The position numbers were made by a program, and so were the translations under genes. Of a stretch of DNA of 64,000 nucleotides, positions 1 through 12,600 are shown in pieces. The first letter of the stretch is position 1. Each line of letters begins with the position of its first letter. Source of the stretch: Cyanophora paradoxa CCMP329 (lineage: Eukaryota; Plantae; Glaucophyta); assembly GCA_004431415.1 (NCBI GenBank), contig QPMI01000277.1, positions 17,383 through 81,382 on the forward strand, in the 5' to 3' direction. The notes beneath the pieces were generated by a model. It was not told the origin of the DNA. It made no database searches and worked only from the letters and a program-made list of their open reading frames with translations.

Positions 1-339
1 GACTCCGTCGCCACCTGGGACCGCCTCTTCCCCTGCCCCGACGGCGTCCCCGGCCCCTCTGCTCCCTCCCTTTTCCCAGTGCGGCAGGGCGGGAGCGCTC
101 CTGGCGGCGCCGCACGCCCGTGGGTTCCAGCTCCTGGGATGGCCCCTCCGGCCCCGTCCATGCATGGGCGTGGGTCCCTGCCTGAGGGTGCCTCGGCGGC
201 TGTGTTCCGGCCAGCCAGTGCTGCGTCTGGACGGCAAGCGGACCACGGGCCCTTCCTGTAGATTGCTTCGAGAGTCTTACACGCAAATCCGAGGCTCATT
301 TAGCACCAATGCCCACTGGCCTGGGCTATGGCGCGGCCG

Positions 340-900
340 GCGGGGCGATCACAGTGATCATGATCATCAAAATTCAATGATTTTTAAATCGCACTGCACA
401 CGGCACTTCAAGGCTTATATATTTCATACTGATAATAATCAACTAGCTCAGCGGCTTGGAGTCATGAAAAAACTTTGAAAATGTTGCACTTCTCACCATG
501 GCACAGTACCATAATTATTGCAACATTAATATTCGGCTCCGACATGACTCTGCGCGCATCATGGCATACAGCCGCTGAGCCTCGGGCCTAGCAGCTGAGC
601 ATCGGATCATGAGATCATCATGGCACTGCGGCACCGGATCCTGAGACTCTGAGATCATCCGATGATCATGTGCCACGGTGATCATGGCATGCCGCCGCCA
701 TGATCATGATGCCGCAGTGCCGTGATGACATTCTGATAAGATGAACTTCGGAATGTCAGTGTAGCACCGTGGCACCTCCGAGGCTCGTGATCATCGGATC
801 ATCATCATGGCATGGCATGATAACATCAGTGACTCAGTGACTCTTGATCCGACTCCGAGGCTCGGCGATGATCAGTGATCATGATCATCGGATGATTACC
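340..900. repeat. Low-complexity mosaic of short palindromic words (GATCAT/ATGATC, CATG, GACTC/GAGTC, GGATC)
   Basis: Dense recurrence of gatcatgatcatc, catggca, gactc and ggatcat; no credible coding frame. Confidence 0.6.
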
Positions 901-1196
901 GCCCGGCCCGGGCCCCCTGAGGCCCGTTAACGTTCAACGGTTGGCCCGGCGCCCAGTGGCAGGTCTGTATACGTATATATATATAGATATACTATGATAT
1001 ATAGGCCCTCGGGCCTGAGGCCCTCCGGGCCGGGCGCCGCCGGGCCCGGCCAGAATCGATCGGATCGAGAGCCTCGGAGTCGGCGTCCCCGCGGATTGAT
1101 GCACGCATGCACCGTGGCACTCATGCAGCCTGACACTGTACATGTGACAGTTTCAAGTTGCAATTGACTACGTACTTCAATTGTTGATTTGAGCTA

Positions 1197-2540
1197 ACCA
1201 GCGGGCTGCTGGGCCCTTCCCCGAAGGCCATCGGCCGCGACAGGAGCCCCGGAGAGAGGGTCTCCAGCCGCGGGCTGGGGAGAGGGGACGGTGTGCGGGG
1301 CAGCACACCAACCTGCGCGTCCTCCAACGGGGGGAACGCGGCGTCCTCGAACCCCGCGCCCCCGTGCGCATCCTCGGCCACGGCAGCCTGGCGCGGGCTC
1401 CCCGAGCCGGCTGCAGCCGCACTCCGATCTTCGCCCGGCCCGGCGGGGCTGTTGATGCCGCCTCGAGGTTCGCAGGGGCTGGCGCCGCCCCGGCCAGTAA
1501 TGACGCGGGGTCCTGCTCGTGCGCCGCGTCCTGCAACGGGAGCACACCGGCTTCGCCCAGCATCCGCCGCTCCGCCTGGAGTCGGGTCAGCGAGCCCAGC
1601 CGCGCCGGGCGAGCAGGCGTGCGGGGCGGCCGCGGATCGGTGCGGACCTCCTCTTGCTCGGCCGTGAGGAGAGAGAGCCTCAGGGCGAGCGCGAGCTGGG
1701 CCTCCTCGTCCATCTCCACCCCTGCGACCCGCCCGGGCCGCTCAGCTCGTTCACGGGGCCCCGCCCAGGGGACGGCGCCCTGTGGCCGGAGATCGCTGGG
1801 CGGGCGCACCTCCGTGGGCGGGGTTCGAGGCGGCTCCGCCGGGCCGCTGCGGGAGCCGCCGCGAAGGCGCGGCGGTGGCGGCGAAGGGCGGGGTGGCGAT
1901 CGGGGAGAGAGCCTCGTCGTCGCCCCGCCCTCGTGGTCGTCGGCGCCCACCTCGTCCTCCTCTCCATCCCGCCGGTACACCACCGACGCCGCGCTCCGGA
2001 CCCCACCACCCGCCCGTGCGCCGTCTGAGCCGCCTGAGCCCGGCGAAGGGCGCGGCGCCCTCGGCAGCCTCACCTCGCGGGCCTCGAGGCTGCTGCCGGC
2101 CCGGTCCGAGGGCAGGAGGAGGTGCGCTCCGTGCCGGTCGAAGAACTCGGGGTCGTACACCACCTGCGCCGACGTTCAGCGCGCGCCCTCGCCCCTCGCC
2201 GCCGCGCGCGCCGCACCGAGCCTGCGGCCGCCGCCGCAGCGCGCCGCTGCTCGCTGTCCTCATCGCTTTCGTATCCGTAGTTGTAGCTACCGGCCCGGCC
2301 GTATGCAGGCGCCTCTTCCTCCTCGTCTTCCTCCTCGTCTTCGTCGTTAGAGCCGCCGGCATGCACGACGAAGGCGTCCCGGTCGTCCGGCCGCCCGCGG
2401 CCCGCCATCCGCGCCAGGTACCGCCGCACGCGGCCAGGCGGCCCGCCGCCGGCCCGCCGCTGGCTGGACGACTCGGCCGGCGCGCGGGGCGCTGGCGCCT
2501 CGTCGCCTCCCAGCATGAGGGCGAGCATCCGCTCCCGTTC
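1197..2540 (-). pseudogene. Inverted partial DNA duplicate of the RING-ligase gene (copy of 14093-15433)
   Basis: Reverse complement matches 14093-15433 nearly base for base, including the intron before VVYDPEFFDRH; several 1-bp indels and a small insertion near 1432-1445; lacks start, RING domain and stop. Confidence 0.9.
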
Positions 2541-3074
2541 AACGTTTCCAGCTCCTCTCCTGCTCCCGCTGTGAATCTATCGCGCGCTGCCGCAGTGCCA
2601 GGCTGCCTCAGGGCCTGCAGCTTGCTGGCTCGATGCGCGCAGGACGAAACACCGCAGCTGTCTGCTAGGCTAGGAAGCATGCACACGGCGCCGACCGCGC
2701 GGCCTGCGAAGCCAGGCTTCATCTGGCCGTGCAGAAGAAACGCCGGCAGTTGTTGCAACTGCCGTAACTGCCGGACTAACAGCCGTAACTGCCCGAGGCA
2801 TGCCGGCTCTCTGCAGACGATTCTGCCGCGCTTCGGTCTGGTAATGGACGGACAAACACGACGGGGTTCGACTCCGAGCAACAGCGCCGGCTCCTTCCCC
2901 CCCCAGAAACGCCGAAGACTCAGACTGAACGGCTTTTTTTGGCAAGGCGCCCCAGGGTACGCACCGAGACCCAGCGCCGGAGTTACAGCTTGTTCTCGAC
3001 GCCGTCGAAAAAAAGGCGCGTTCGCAGCAAGGCGCGCTAGAGCAGCCGCCCACTAAAACAGCCGGCTTAGACAA

Positions 3075-4621
3075 ATGTCGCGCCCCGAGAACGTTGCGAG
3101 CCTGCCGATCGGCGAGGGCGCTGCCCCGGCGCACCCGATTCCCAGCATCCCGGCGGCTGAGTGCAAGCCCGCGGCTCGCATTGAGCCCGAGACCTCGCAG
3201 AAGTATGGCACTCTCTACAGTGAGTCCGGCTCTCGAGTAGTGTATATGCCGCTGGATGGGGCGCATCTGACGTCCGTTGTCTGCGCGTTACAGCCACCCA
3301 GGTGCCGTACATCCAGACTACCACTGAGTACGAGGAGTACGGTGAGTCTTGCTCGCGATAGCAGCGTCAGTGTAGTCTGGACGCGGACCCTGGATCTGGC
3401 GGAGATTGGGACGGGAGCTCGGCGGTTAGCAGCGTAGACCAGCCGTTACTCGCTAGGAGCAGCAGCACTCGGGCCGGAGATTCGCTCGCATTTCGGCATA
3501 GTGCTTACTAGGGATGGCGCAGACATCCCGGAGGACTCGGTGATCGTCGAGACCCGCCCGATTAAGGTCCCGTTCTCGGAGACCACCACGAAGACCTGGG
3601 AGGTCGAGCTCCCGCCCGCGGGCCAGGAGGTTTCGTACGGCACTCTCGCCCTGCCGGTTGAGAAGGTCGTGCACACCTCGTACGACTACCAGCTGCCGGC
3701 GAAGCAGGCGACCACCGAGCCGTCCCCGGCTGAGATCACGGCGAAGAAGATCACCTCGATCGACTACGACTATGAGCTTCCTGAGAACAAGGCGGTTTAC
3801 ACCACGAAGGTGTACATGATCCCCATTGAGGAGACCATCGTCCAGACCAAGACCTACTCGGCTAAGCTCCCGTCGGACTACGAGGCGGAGGAGAAGACTG
3901 ATGTTGAGATCGCCGGCCGGAAGCTGACCACGCACACCTACGAGTACAAGGTCCCGAGCTGCGACACCAAGGTTTACAGCGACCTCGTCGACGTGAACGT
4001 GAAGCAGTCCGTGACCAAGTCGTACGCCTACAAGCTTCCGGACTGCGAGAAGCCTGTTGAGACTAAGTTCGCGACCGCGGACGGTGTTGAGACCATTACT
4101 CTCACCAAGGACTACCTCCTGCCCTGCGAGAACACCACCACCAAGCTCAACCCGACTGAGGCGTCGGTCAAGGCGGCTGCGTCGTCGGCGGCGACCTGCA
4201 ACAACTGCGGCTCTAGCCCCTCGGTCAACGAGGTCCGCTACCAGTATGTAAGTCCAGCAGCCCTGCCACACTTGCGTCGGTTACTCGCAACGTGCTTAAG
4301 GTTTTGCAGGACCCGGCCAAGGTCACTGTGACCAAGCAGCTGGAGGAGTCGATGCAGCAGGCGGAGGATGATGCGATTGCGGGCGAGCTGGCGAACATGT
4401 CGTCTGATGCGGTTAGTAGTTTTTACTCGAAAGTTCGCCTTCTTTCAATCGAACTTTGCACGCCAGGAGTCGATGCCCCTGGCGGAGTCGAGCGATGTCG
4501 CGAACGTTGAGATCAGCGAGGAGCACTGCGAGCTCATTAGCGAACTCGTGCGTTGTTTTCTTTCATTTTTCTTTCTATTCTTATGTGTTTGCAGGACAAC
4601 ATTGATGCCGAGCTGCTGTAA
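3075..4621 (+). CDS. Spliced T/V/E/K/Y/P-rich protein with ~8 x 28-aa repeats (epiplastin/articulin-like cortical protein)
   Basis: ATG 3075; GTGAGT/GTAAGT/GTTAGT/GTGCGT introns; TAA 4619-4621; strong codon bias; repeats ending in Y.Y.(L/V/I)P (TSYDYQLP, IDYDYELP, HTYEYKVP, KSYAYKLP). Confidence 0.7.
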
Positions 4622-5156
4622 ATTATCCCCAAGTGGGGCTCGCCAAGTCTGTAGCTTAGGGACTCGGCGCGGCGGGAGGGCGGCTCGAGTCGGATGCGGC
4701 GCGTGATGGCCTTGATGAAGGACTCCGCGCGGTCGGATGACGAGCTGGGTGGCGCTTTCTCCTACCATTTCCGTTACCACCCATTTGTGGCTGTAGTTGC
4801 GTACGAGACCGTGCGCCAGTGCGGGCCGCGGTCTCGTATTCGATAGGCGGCCAGCAGCGTAGGGCGCGTCGTTAGCCAGGCCCTTGTCTCATGCGGTGAC
4901 TCTAATTATGCTTTGTAAAAACGAAAGGCTCCCCTCAACTGATAAAGTACTAGTTGTATGGGAAGTGTTATCGGTAATGAGACATGCGATTCGCCCCAGA
5001 GCATTTTCATATCTCGAGCAACGTTGGCCTGTTTTGGCAGGGTATTTGGAACTTTCACCACTCGATAAAATCGCATTGGGATCACAAAAGAGAGATAGGA
5101 GAGATTAATATTTCGATTGGTATTCACAGAACAAGTTAGGAAGGCTTCGGTGGCCG

Positions 5157-8100
5157 TCAAGCCCGAGTGCCAGGAGTGCCGGCGGCGGTGTTCGCGGACT
5201 GCTCGTCCTTCTCCTTCTTGGAGACACGGGCAAGGTGGCGCATCCAGTCGTCGCGGCGCTCGGAGGTGTCGGCGGCCCAGGTGTACTGCTTCGGGCCGAG
5301 CTTGACACTGAAGGCGTACTTGCCCTTCGCGCGAGTGAGCGGGGGGGAGCCCAGGCGGGGGCGAGCGGGGGCCCCACCGCGACTTCAGCCTTGGTGAGGA
5401 CCAGCGCGTCACTGAGGAAGATGACGCTGCCCTGGGGGTCCTTCACTTTTTGCAGGAACATGTTCTGCGGCCGGCGTCAGGGCGGGAGGGCGCATTTGCG
5501 GGCGCTTGGGCGCGCCCGCTTGGACTTGAAGACAATGAGGGAATGCGGCTTCGGGTGCCCGAGCAGCTGGACATGCTCCCGCGTCCATGAGCTTCTGAAG
5601 CGGGAGCGCTGCAGCCGCCAGAGGGGCTCGTCCAGGACGGGCTGCGCGCCGGTCAGGTGCAGGCAACTGGAGGCGAGCCCCGCACGCCTTTTTCTCGAGG
5701 TTGAAGAGGGTAATCCCATTCCGGATGTCCTCCCCCTGCTCCCCTGCACGGCCCCCGTGTGAGCAGCGCAGAAATCTCAGGGCGCAAGCTGAGAGCAGGG
5801 GCAGACGCAGGGGGGCTGTCTTTAGACCGTCGACCTTGGCGGCAAGATCGGCCGTCTGTGGATGCCATCAGCGAGGGGCCAGAGGCGCGGCAGAGGGTCG
5901 CGTGCCTTCGTGTCGTTGGTGAAATACGATTTAACGAGCTCTGCGGCACTCGCAGACGGGGGCAACGTGGGGGCGGAGGAGGGGCCAGCTCCAACGCCGG
6001 CCCCCTTCGCCGAGGAGTCGTTGAAGGAGACGACGGAGGAGGTCTTTGACATGGTCCGCCCGTTGGCCGCCAGGCTCCTCCCGTTCACCGCCACGTTGCT
6101 CCCCTTCCCCGAGGACCCGCTGTGCACGGAGGACGACCGTGGGTGCCCGGAGGCCTGCAGCACGGTGCTCCCCAGGGCCCCTGCCCCTCGGGAATACGAC
6201 TGCCGCCCCGGGGGCTCCGGGCCAGTCCCCCGCCTCGTCTCCTTTCCCAGCGCGTCACGATCTCTACTCCGATCTGCTCTCTGTTCCCGCCGTTCTTGCC
6301 TGCCGAGCCGCCTTTGAGGGGGCGGGGCCAGGGAGCCGGGCCCGTCGGACCTGCCATGGCGGTCGCCATCCGAGGGGTACGACTCTTCAGAGAAGTCGTC
6401 GTCACGGCGGCGAGAGCGGGATCGCCTTTCGTAGTCGCGGCTGTGGGACGAGTCCCTCCTACGCGACGACCGGTCCCGGTCCCGGTCCCGATCCCGCCGC
6501 TCTCTGTCCCGGCTGCGATCCCGCCCTCGGTCCCTCTCTTGGTCCCGCTCCCGCCTGCCCCCGCTACTGCTCCGCCGCCTGTGCCGCCTGGCCAGCGTCA
6601 GGTGGCGTCGGGGCGCCTGGCGAGGCTGAGCCCCGCACCTCTCTTCTGTGTCGTCGTCCGGGGGCGGGGGCGCCGCGTCCTCCCCGAAGTGAATGAAGGG
6701 GAAGCCCCCTCCGATGCGCACCACGAGCCCGCCGGCTGGAGCGGCCCCCGCCGCAGGGCCGTGCCCGGCGTCCAGGCCGGCGACGGCGGCGCGGAGGGAG
6801 GCGAAGGCGGAGGCCTCTGGGGCGGCGGCGCGCGCGCGCTGCCGCTCGCGCTCAAGGCGCAAGTGGTGCTCCATGAGGGCCGCGGGGTCTGAGGCGAGCG
6901 GAGGCACGACCGGCTCCTCCCGCGCGCCGCCACTGAAGTTGCCGAGGAGCGCTGAAAGGACGGATGCGCGAGCCGAGCCCTGCGGGCTCCAGTTCCGGCC
7001 GACAGCGGAGGTGCCTTGCGGAGCAGCCACTGCACGGGGCCGCCTGAGCGAGTGCAGGAGTGGCTTGCGGGCGGGGCGCGGACCTGCAGCCGAGCGCTCC
7101 GAGGGAGCCTGCGAGCCGAGGCTCACGGCGACGGAAAGCTCGGTGGGGTCGTCGAGGGGTCTACCGCCGGCCTGCGGGGCGTGAGGGAGGGTGCTGGTGC
7201 GGCGCCGGCGAACGAACGGCGAGGCGGGAGACAAGGAGGTCAGACTCGTCCTTGGTGAGAGGCCGGCCACCAATGCGCGGCACCGCCTCCTCCTCTGCTA
7301 CCGGCGCGCTCCCCAGCTCTCCCACGTGCCGCAGCGCCTGCGCTCGGCATGAGGGACCCTCTTCTCGCTAGGAGGGCCCACGGACCGAGTTCTGCACGGC
7401 CCGGCAGCACACCCGGCGCAGCTTCACGCCGAAGCGCAGCACTTCCATCGTAGCCTCGCACTCAGCCCACGCGCCGTCCACACACAAGACGCACGCCCCC
7501 AGCGCGTTGCCCCCAAGGGCAGGTGCGACGAGACGCGATAGAGCGCTCGCATTCGCTTCACGAAGAGCAGCGGCTGCCACATCCTCCCCCCGAGTTGGGT
7601 CGTCGCTTCATCGAAGATAAGCAGCAGGGGATAGGGGCGCCTTCACGAAGAGCGCACCTGACTTCCGACAGAGAGTCCACGATACGCTCTAAAGCGATAA
7701 TTCCCTTCTGCGTCTCGAAGCCATCCTGCAGTCCGCAGAGCTTAGCAAGGGGACGCTATTCCGAGAACAGACGCACCCGCAAGCGCGAGATCAAAGAGAG
7801 TCCGCCGCTCGAACGGGGGGCTGCTCCCATGTCCACGAGGGTCTGCAAAACGGTGAGCGCGTTCCAGTCGTGCAGCTACGGGCTGGCGCACAAGATGAGA
7901 GCGCAGGACCGGCTCGAAATCTCCAACGATGCCGTCGGAGGCTGCTTGCGGCTGCCTGCTTTCCAACGACTGCAAGCAACGAATCTATGTTACATGCGGA
8001 AGATCAATCCCCGGCAGAGGCTAGTGAAAGCCAGACCACGCGGTAGAAATAGTGCGCGTGAGTAGGCTTCGCTTGCACGCCGCGCCCGTCGCTCGCGCGC

Positions 8101-8939
8101 AGGCCTGCTTGCGCATGAAGAAACGCAATCGCTTTTGCAACCTTGCTGCGCACCTCGCGCGACCGAGATTTGCTCTCGAAGTTCACCCGCGGTTGTGACC
8201 GCCGCCTCGACGATGCCCTCCAGCTCAGAGCTCTACAAAAAAAGGAATGGAAAGAAACGATAAACTAACAGCGCGCACACAGCTCAGATATGTGCGCGCA
8301 CGTTCTGTTTAATGACGACCTCAACGGAACCCGCTGCGGACGAGTCCAGGAGATCCCGCACGCGCTCGTTCAGCAGCTCTCCAGAGCTGAAACGCACTGC
8401 GAACTCCCTGTCTTTCCGCTGCGTTCAAGGGGTCACGCAGGCTCGCGCACTGGAGCGCGCCACCACTTCGCACCGCGCGTAGCTTGCCGAACAGCTCCGG
8501 GGGTAGCTGGTCGAGCACCTGGTCTGCAGCGTATGTCTTGCCACCCTTTGAATTCCCGTAGAAAAAGAGAAAGCCTAGCGAGCAAGCCGCGGGATCAGCC
8601 GCGCCGTGATGAGCGGCGCGCCGCCCGCCGCATCGGAGGGCGTCCGCACCGTGGTATCCGTCGATTAACATGCGGACTAGGGGCTCGAGGACGCCGTCGT
8701 ACACGTCCTTCCCGCCGTCGTCCTCGCCGAAGACACGGTCTGTGCAGGGCTGCTTCATGCGGGCGCCTGCATGAAGGTCTAGCGTATCACACACCAAAAG
8801 AGAGATCCATAGGGATCTTTGTGTCCGGGGGTCCCAGGAAGAGCAGGTCGCCGTTTTCGGTCGCCCATGCCTGCTGGCCCGCCGTGGCGGGCCGCAAGCG
8901 CACCGCGACAAATGTATGCTCCGAGACAACGCTTGCCAT
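5157..8939 (-). CDS. Divergent kinesin-motor-like protein with disordered R/S/D-rich middle and C-terminal PH domain
   Basis: Spliced reading gives MASVVSEHTFVAVRLRP...SFDRVFGEDD..VY..LEPLVRMLIDGYHG-FLFFYGNSKGGKTY, then SALSRLVAPALGGN...EATMEVLRFG (kinesin core); C-terminus AFSVKLGPKQYTWAADTSERRDDWMRHL (PH helix); TGA at 5157. Confidence 0.8.
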
Positions 8940-9138
8940 CAGCTCGGCATCCCGGCAAGCTCAGGCCCGGCTCAGGCGGCCCTGGGCCCTGGTTGCCAGT
9001 GGGGTAGAGGGTCTTCACGGTGGAGCTGTTACCACAAACCGGGGAGAGCTTCGTCAAGGAAGTATATACGTTCGGTTCGGTTTGGTTTCCAGGCAATCCG
9101 GCCCTGCCTTGCAGCGCCGGCCCTACGTGCAATCCGTA
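8940..9138. promoter_or_regulatory. Putative bidirectional promoter (~200 bp) between kinesin-like gene and coronin
   Basis: Head-to-head start codons at 8939(-) and 9139(+); central TATATA at ~9063. Confidence 0.5.
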
Positions 9139-12100
9139 ATGGCGACCCTGCCGCGTTCGGTGAGCGTGCGGCTCTCCCCGGCGCACGCTGCGGCCGGCCG
9201 TCCGCCGGCCCGCTCGAACCGGCGGCGAAACTAGATCGCCGCGCTCGAAAGCTGACACTTGCCGCAGTCCAAGTTTCGTCACGTCTTTGCGCCGCCGCCG
9301 AAGCCCGAGGGCTCTTATATCAATCTCAAGGTGCCCGCATGTTCTCTGCTGCCCGCTTCCTGCCGCGAACGGGTCGACGTGCCCGCCGGCGCACCCGCGC
9401 ACGATGCCCGCCGGCTTGGGCATGCGGGCGCACGATGCCAGCAGTTCACTGGGTCTCCCCGCAGCCGAACTTGAATCCTTGGGACAGCAACAACATCAAA
9501 GTAAGTCGAATTCTCGCGTGTGCCATATGCACGGCCTGCGTCTGCAGCCGACGCCCGCCGCTCTCCCTTCTGCACCCCCGAGCTCGTTTCCAAGTTGACG
9601 TTCTGGCGTGTGCAGGGATCACTCCGCTGGTTCGCCTTCCCATGGAGCGTCGGCGGCGGCGGCGCTCTCGCAGTGCTCTCTTATGGCGACACCGGCAAGA
9701 AAGCCACGCAGCCACCAATGCTGCGGGGCCATTCTGGAGCCATCTTGGATTTCGATTTCTGCCCCTTCAACGACAGCGTGCTTGCAACCGGGTCCGAAGA
9801 CTGCAATGTGAAGGCGCGCGTCGTTACATCCTTAGCAGTTTAGCTGTGGGCTAATGTGCCGCTCCGAGGCAGCTCTGGGTGATCCCCGAAGGCATGACGG
9901 AGTCTATGGAGGGCTCGACGGCAACCCTGGAGGGACACAGCAAGAAGGTTGGGACAGTGGACTTCAATCCCGTCGTCAACATGCTGGCAACCACTGGCTT
10001 TGACCTCACCCTGAAAGTCTGGGACGTCGCCGCGTGCCAGTGCTCGATCTCTCTTGACGTGCTCAGTTTGTGTCGTCGCGTCGTCGATCTTTAAGCTAAG
10101 CGACTGGCAGGCAAGCGTGCTGGGCGTTGGCAAGGAAGTTCAGAGTGTAAGCTGGAGCTACGACGGGGCGCGCCTGGCGCTCTTCAGCAAAGATAAAGCC
10201 ATGCGCCTGGTGGACCCGAGGGCGGGACCTGCCGCGCTCGCAGCAGAAGTTCGCGATGCGCATGCTGGGCCCAAGGGAGGCCGCGTCCTCTGGCTCGGGT
10301 CGTCTGGCCGCCGTGAGCTCTGCTGGGCTGACGAGGGCGGCCAGTTACGCTGACGAGCTGTGCTCGCAGTGTTCACGACAGGCTTCAGCAGGAACGCGGA
10401 GCGGCAGAGTTCGTGATAACTGAGCGGATGTTGGCGTTTGCCTGACGCTGCCTTTCGCAGTGGCGCTTTGGGACCCCGCAAAGCTCGATCAGGTCAGAGT
10501 TGTATGGTGCTGCCTCACAGGCGGCGCCGGCTGATGCCTGTGCAGCCTCTGTCTATGGAAACGATCGACCAGAGCGCCGGGATGATGATGCCCTTCTACG
10601 ATGAGGACACCTCCCTCCTTTTCCTCGGTGGCAAGGTGCGTGCAAACGGCTTGCGGGGGCCCTTGTGCGCGGGGGTACCAACAGCGGGCTGCCTCGCAGG
10701 GCGACGGCAACATGCGCTACTACGAGCTTGACGGGGACGCTCTGCACTTCTGCGCCGACGTGCCCCACCCTCCCCGCTATGTTGCCACTCGCCAACGAGC
10801 CGCCCGCAGTACAAGTCGAGCGTGCCGCAGCGCGGCCTCTGCCTTCTTCCGAAGCGCGTCTGCGACTCGACAAAGAACGAGGCGCGCGGCTGCCGTTCGG
10901 GCAGGTTGTCCAAATCCCTCCCGCCCTCTCACTGGCCGATGCAGATCTGCCGCATCCTGAAGCTGACGAACAACTCGGTCGAACCGCTCATGTTCTCCGT
11001 CCCCCGCCGCGTGCGCGTCGCCCCACCCATAGCGTCTCCGCGCACTCAGCCCAGGCCGCAGGGCGATGCCTTCCAAGAGGACCTGTACCGTGCGTGCTTG
11101 CGCCCTGCTCCCGTCGCGCGTTGATTTGAATGCCGCTCTCCGCAGCCGACTGCTTCAATGGGGAGGCGAGCCTGACGTCTTCGGAGTGGCTCGCTGGAGG
11201 CTCCAGCCGTCCAAAGAAGGCGCCGTTCCGCCAAGCGGGCGAGGCTACCCCCCGGGACAGCAGCGCCGGCTTCCAGACCCGCCTGGCAACCCCATCTCCG
11301 ACTCCGACGCCCGGCATCATCCCGGCACCGTCTCCGTCAGCCGCGCGCCCGCAGTCCGACTCACCCACACAGAGCGTGCGCGCCTCGCCAGCCGCGCGCG
11401 GGCCGGTGGCTCATTTTGATCGCAGGGGAAAGACTCGGGTCGGGACGTGGAGGAGCTTCAGGGGCAGCTGAGCCGGACGCAGTCGCAGCATGCGTCCGAG
11501 GTCGCACGGCTGCAGGCACAGCACGCTGCCGAAATTCGCCGGTTGCAGGTGCTCCTTACCCCGCCGCACGATGCATCGGCTTCTCACCGCTGCCCAGGAC
11601 GAGTTGGAGCAGGCGAAAGGCAAGCTGAAGGCGGCGCAGCGAACGGAGGGCGAGCTTCGGGTCTCGTTGGAGGCGGCGGAGGCGGAGAAGAAGTCGCTCC
11701 AGGAACGGCTGCACACGGCGGAGCGGGAAAAGGCTGCTCTCGTCGATCGGGTGCCCCAATGGCACGCGATCCCCACTAGGGCGAGGCCCACTGACCCCTG
11801 GACCGTTCCCAGGCGGAGCGCGCGGCGGCTGCAGCGACCGCGCTCCAAGCGGGATCTGCGGCTGCTGCGAAGGCCTCGGCGGCGAGTCCGGGGAGCGAGA
11901 GGACAGCAGCGCGCTCCTCCGGCGGCAGGCGGGACCTCGAAGCCCTCCGGAAGGCAGCCCCAAACCACACCTCGCCTGCGGTGGCACCTCTGACTGGCGG
12001 ACGCAGCTCGAGGCCGAGCAGGCGGAGCGGCTACAGAAGCGGGAACAGGAGAACATTGCGAAGCTGAAGCAGCTGAAGCTGGACATCGCGGTGAAGGACG

Positions 12101-12165
12101 CGCAGATCAAGCAGCTCGTCGAGCGCCTCGCATGCGCCGAAATCGCTCGGGAGAACGTCAACTAG
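9139..12165 (+). CDS. CORO: Coronin (WD40 actin-binding protein) with extended C-terminal coiled coil
   Basis: SKFRHVF, FPWSVGGGGALAV, GHSGAILDFDFCPFNDSVLATGSEDCNVK, GHSKKVG, GKGDGNMRYYE, PQRGLCLLPKR, FSVPRR-DAFQEDLYPD; many short introns; TAG 12163-12165. Confidence 0.95.
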
Positions 12166-12600
12166 CTAGCGCTTGCGGGCGATTAATATTCGCGTCCATG
12201 ATCAGTCGTGCTCGCATGTACCGGGTCCTTATAAATCCACCTTGTCGAGGTTGCGAGGCGTTCAATTTGAAGGTCCCGACTGTGCACCTTGCAATTGTCA
12301 TGATCAAGGTGACGAGGGGTACCCAGACACAGCCTAAGGGCCTTGTGGGCCAAGCCGACTCGCCGAGTGCCCTGAGGCTGCCGCAGCTGTCGCCACAACG
12401 CGTTTGCGAGAAGTCGGAAGCTCGCAGCGTCCGCCCCGGGCGCCGGCAGTAGTCAATCAGCTAGGAGCTGGCAGCCCGAGCTGGAGCTGGATCTAGGAGC
12501 CCGCGTCGCTGTCGCGTGGAGCTGCAGTTACGCCGGCTGCGCGTTGTACCGCTTGCTGGACGAGCGGTCCGGGTGCCCCGTATAGCAGCGCCAAGCGGCC

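Noticed and set aside
1-261. Open frame ending at 261 (possible last exon of an upstream gene)
   Set aside because: No recognisable motif; truncated by the window edge
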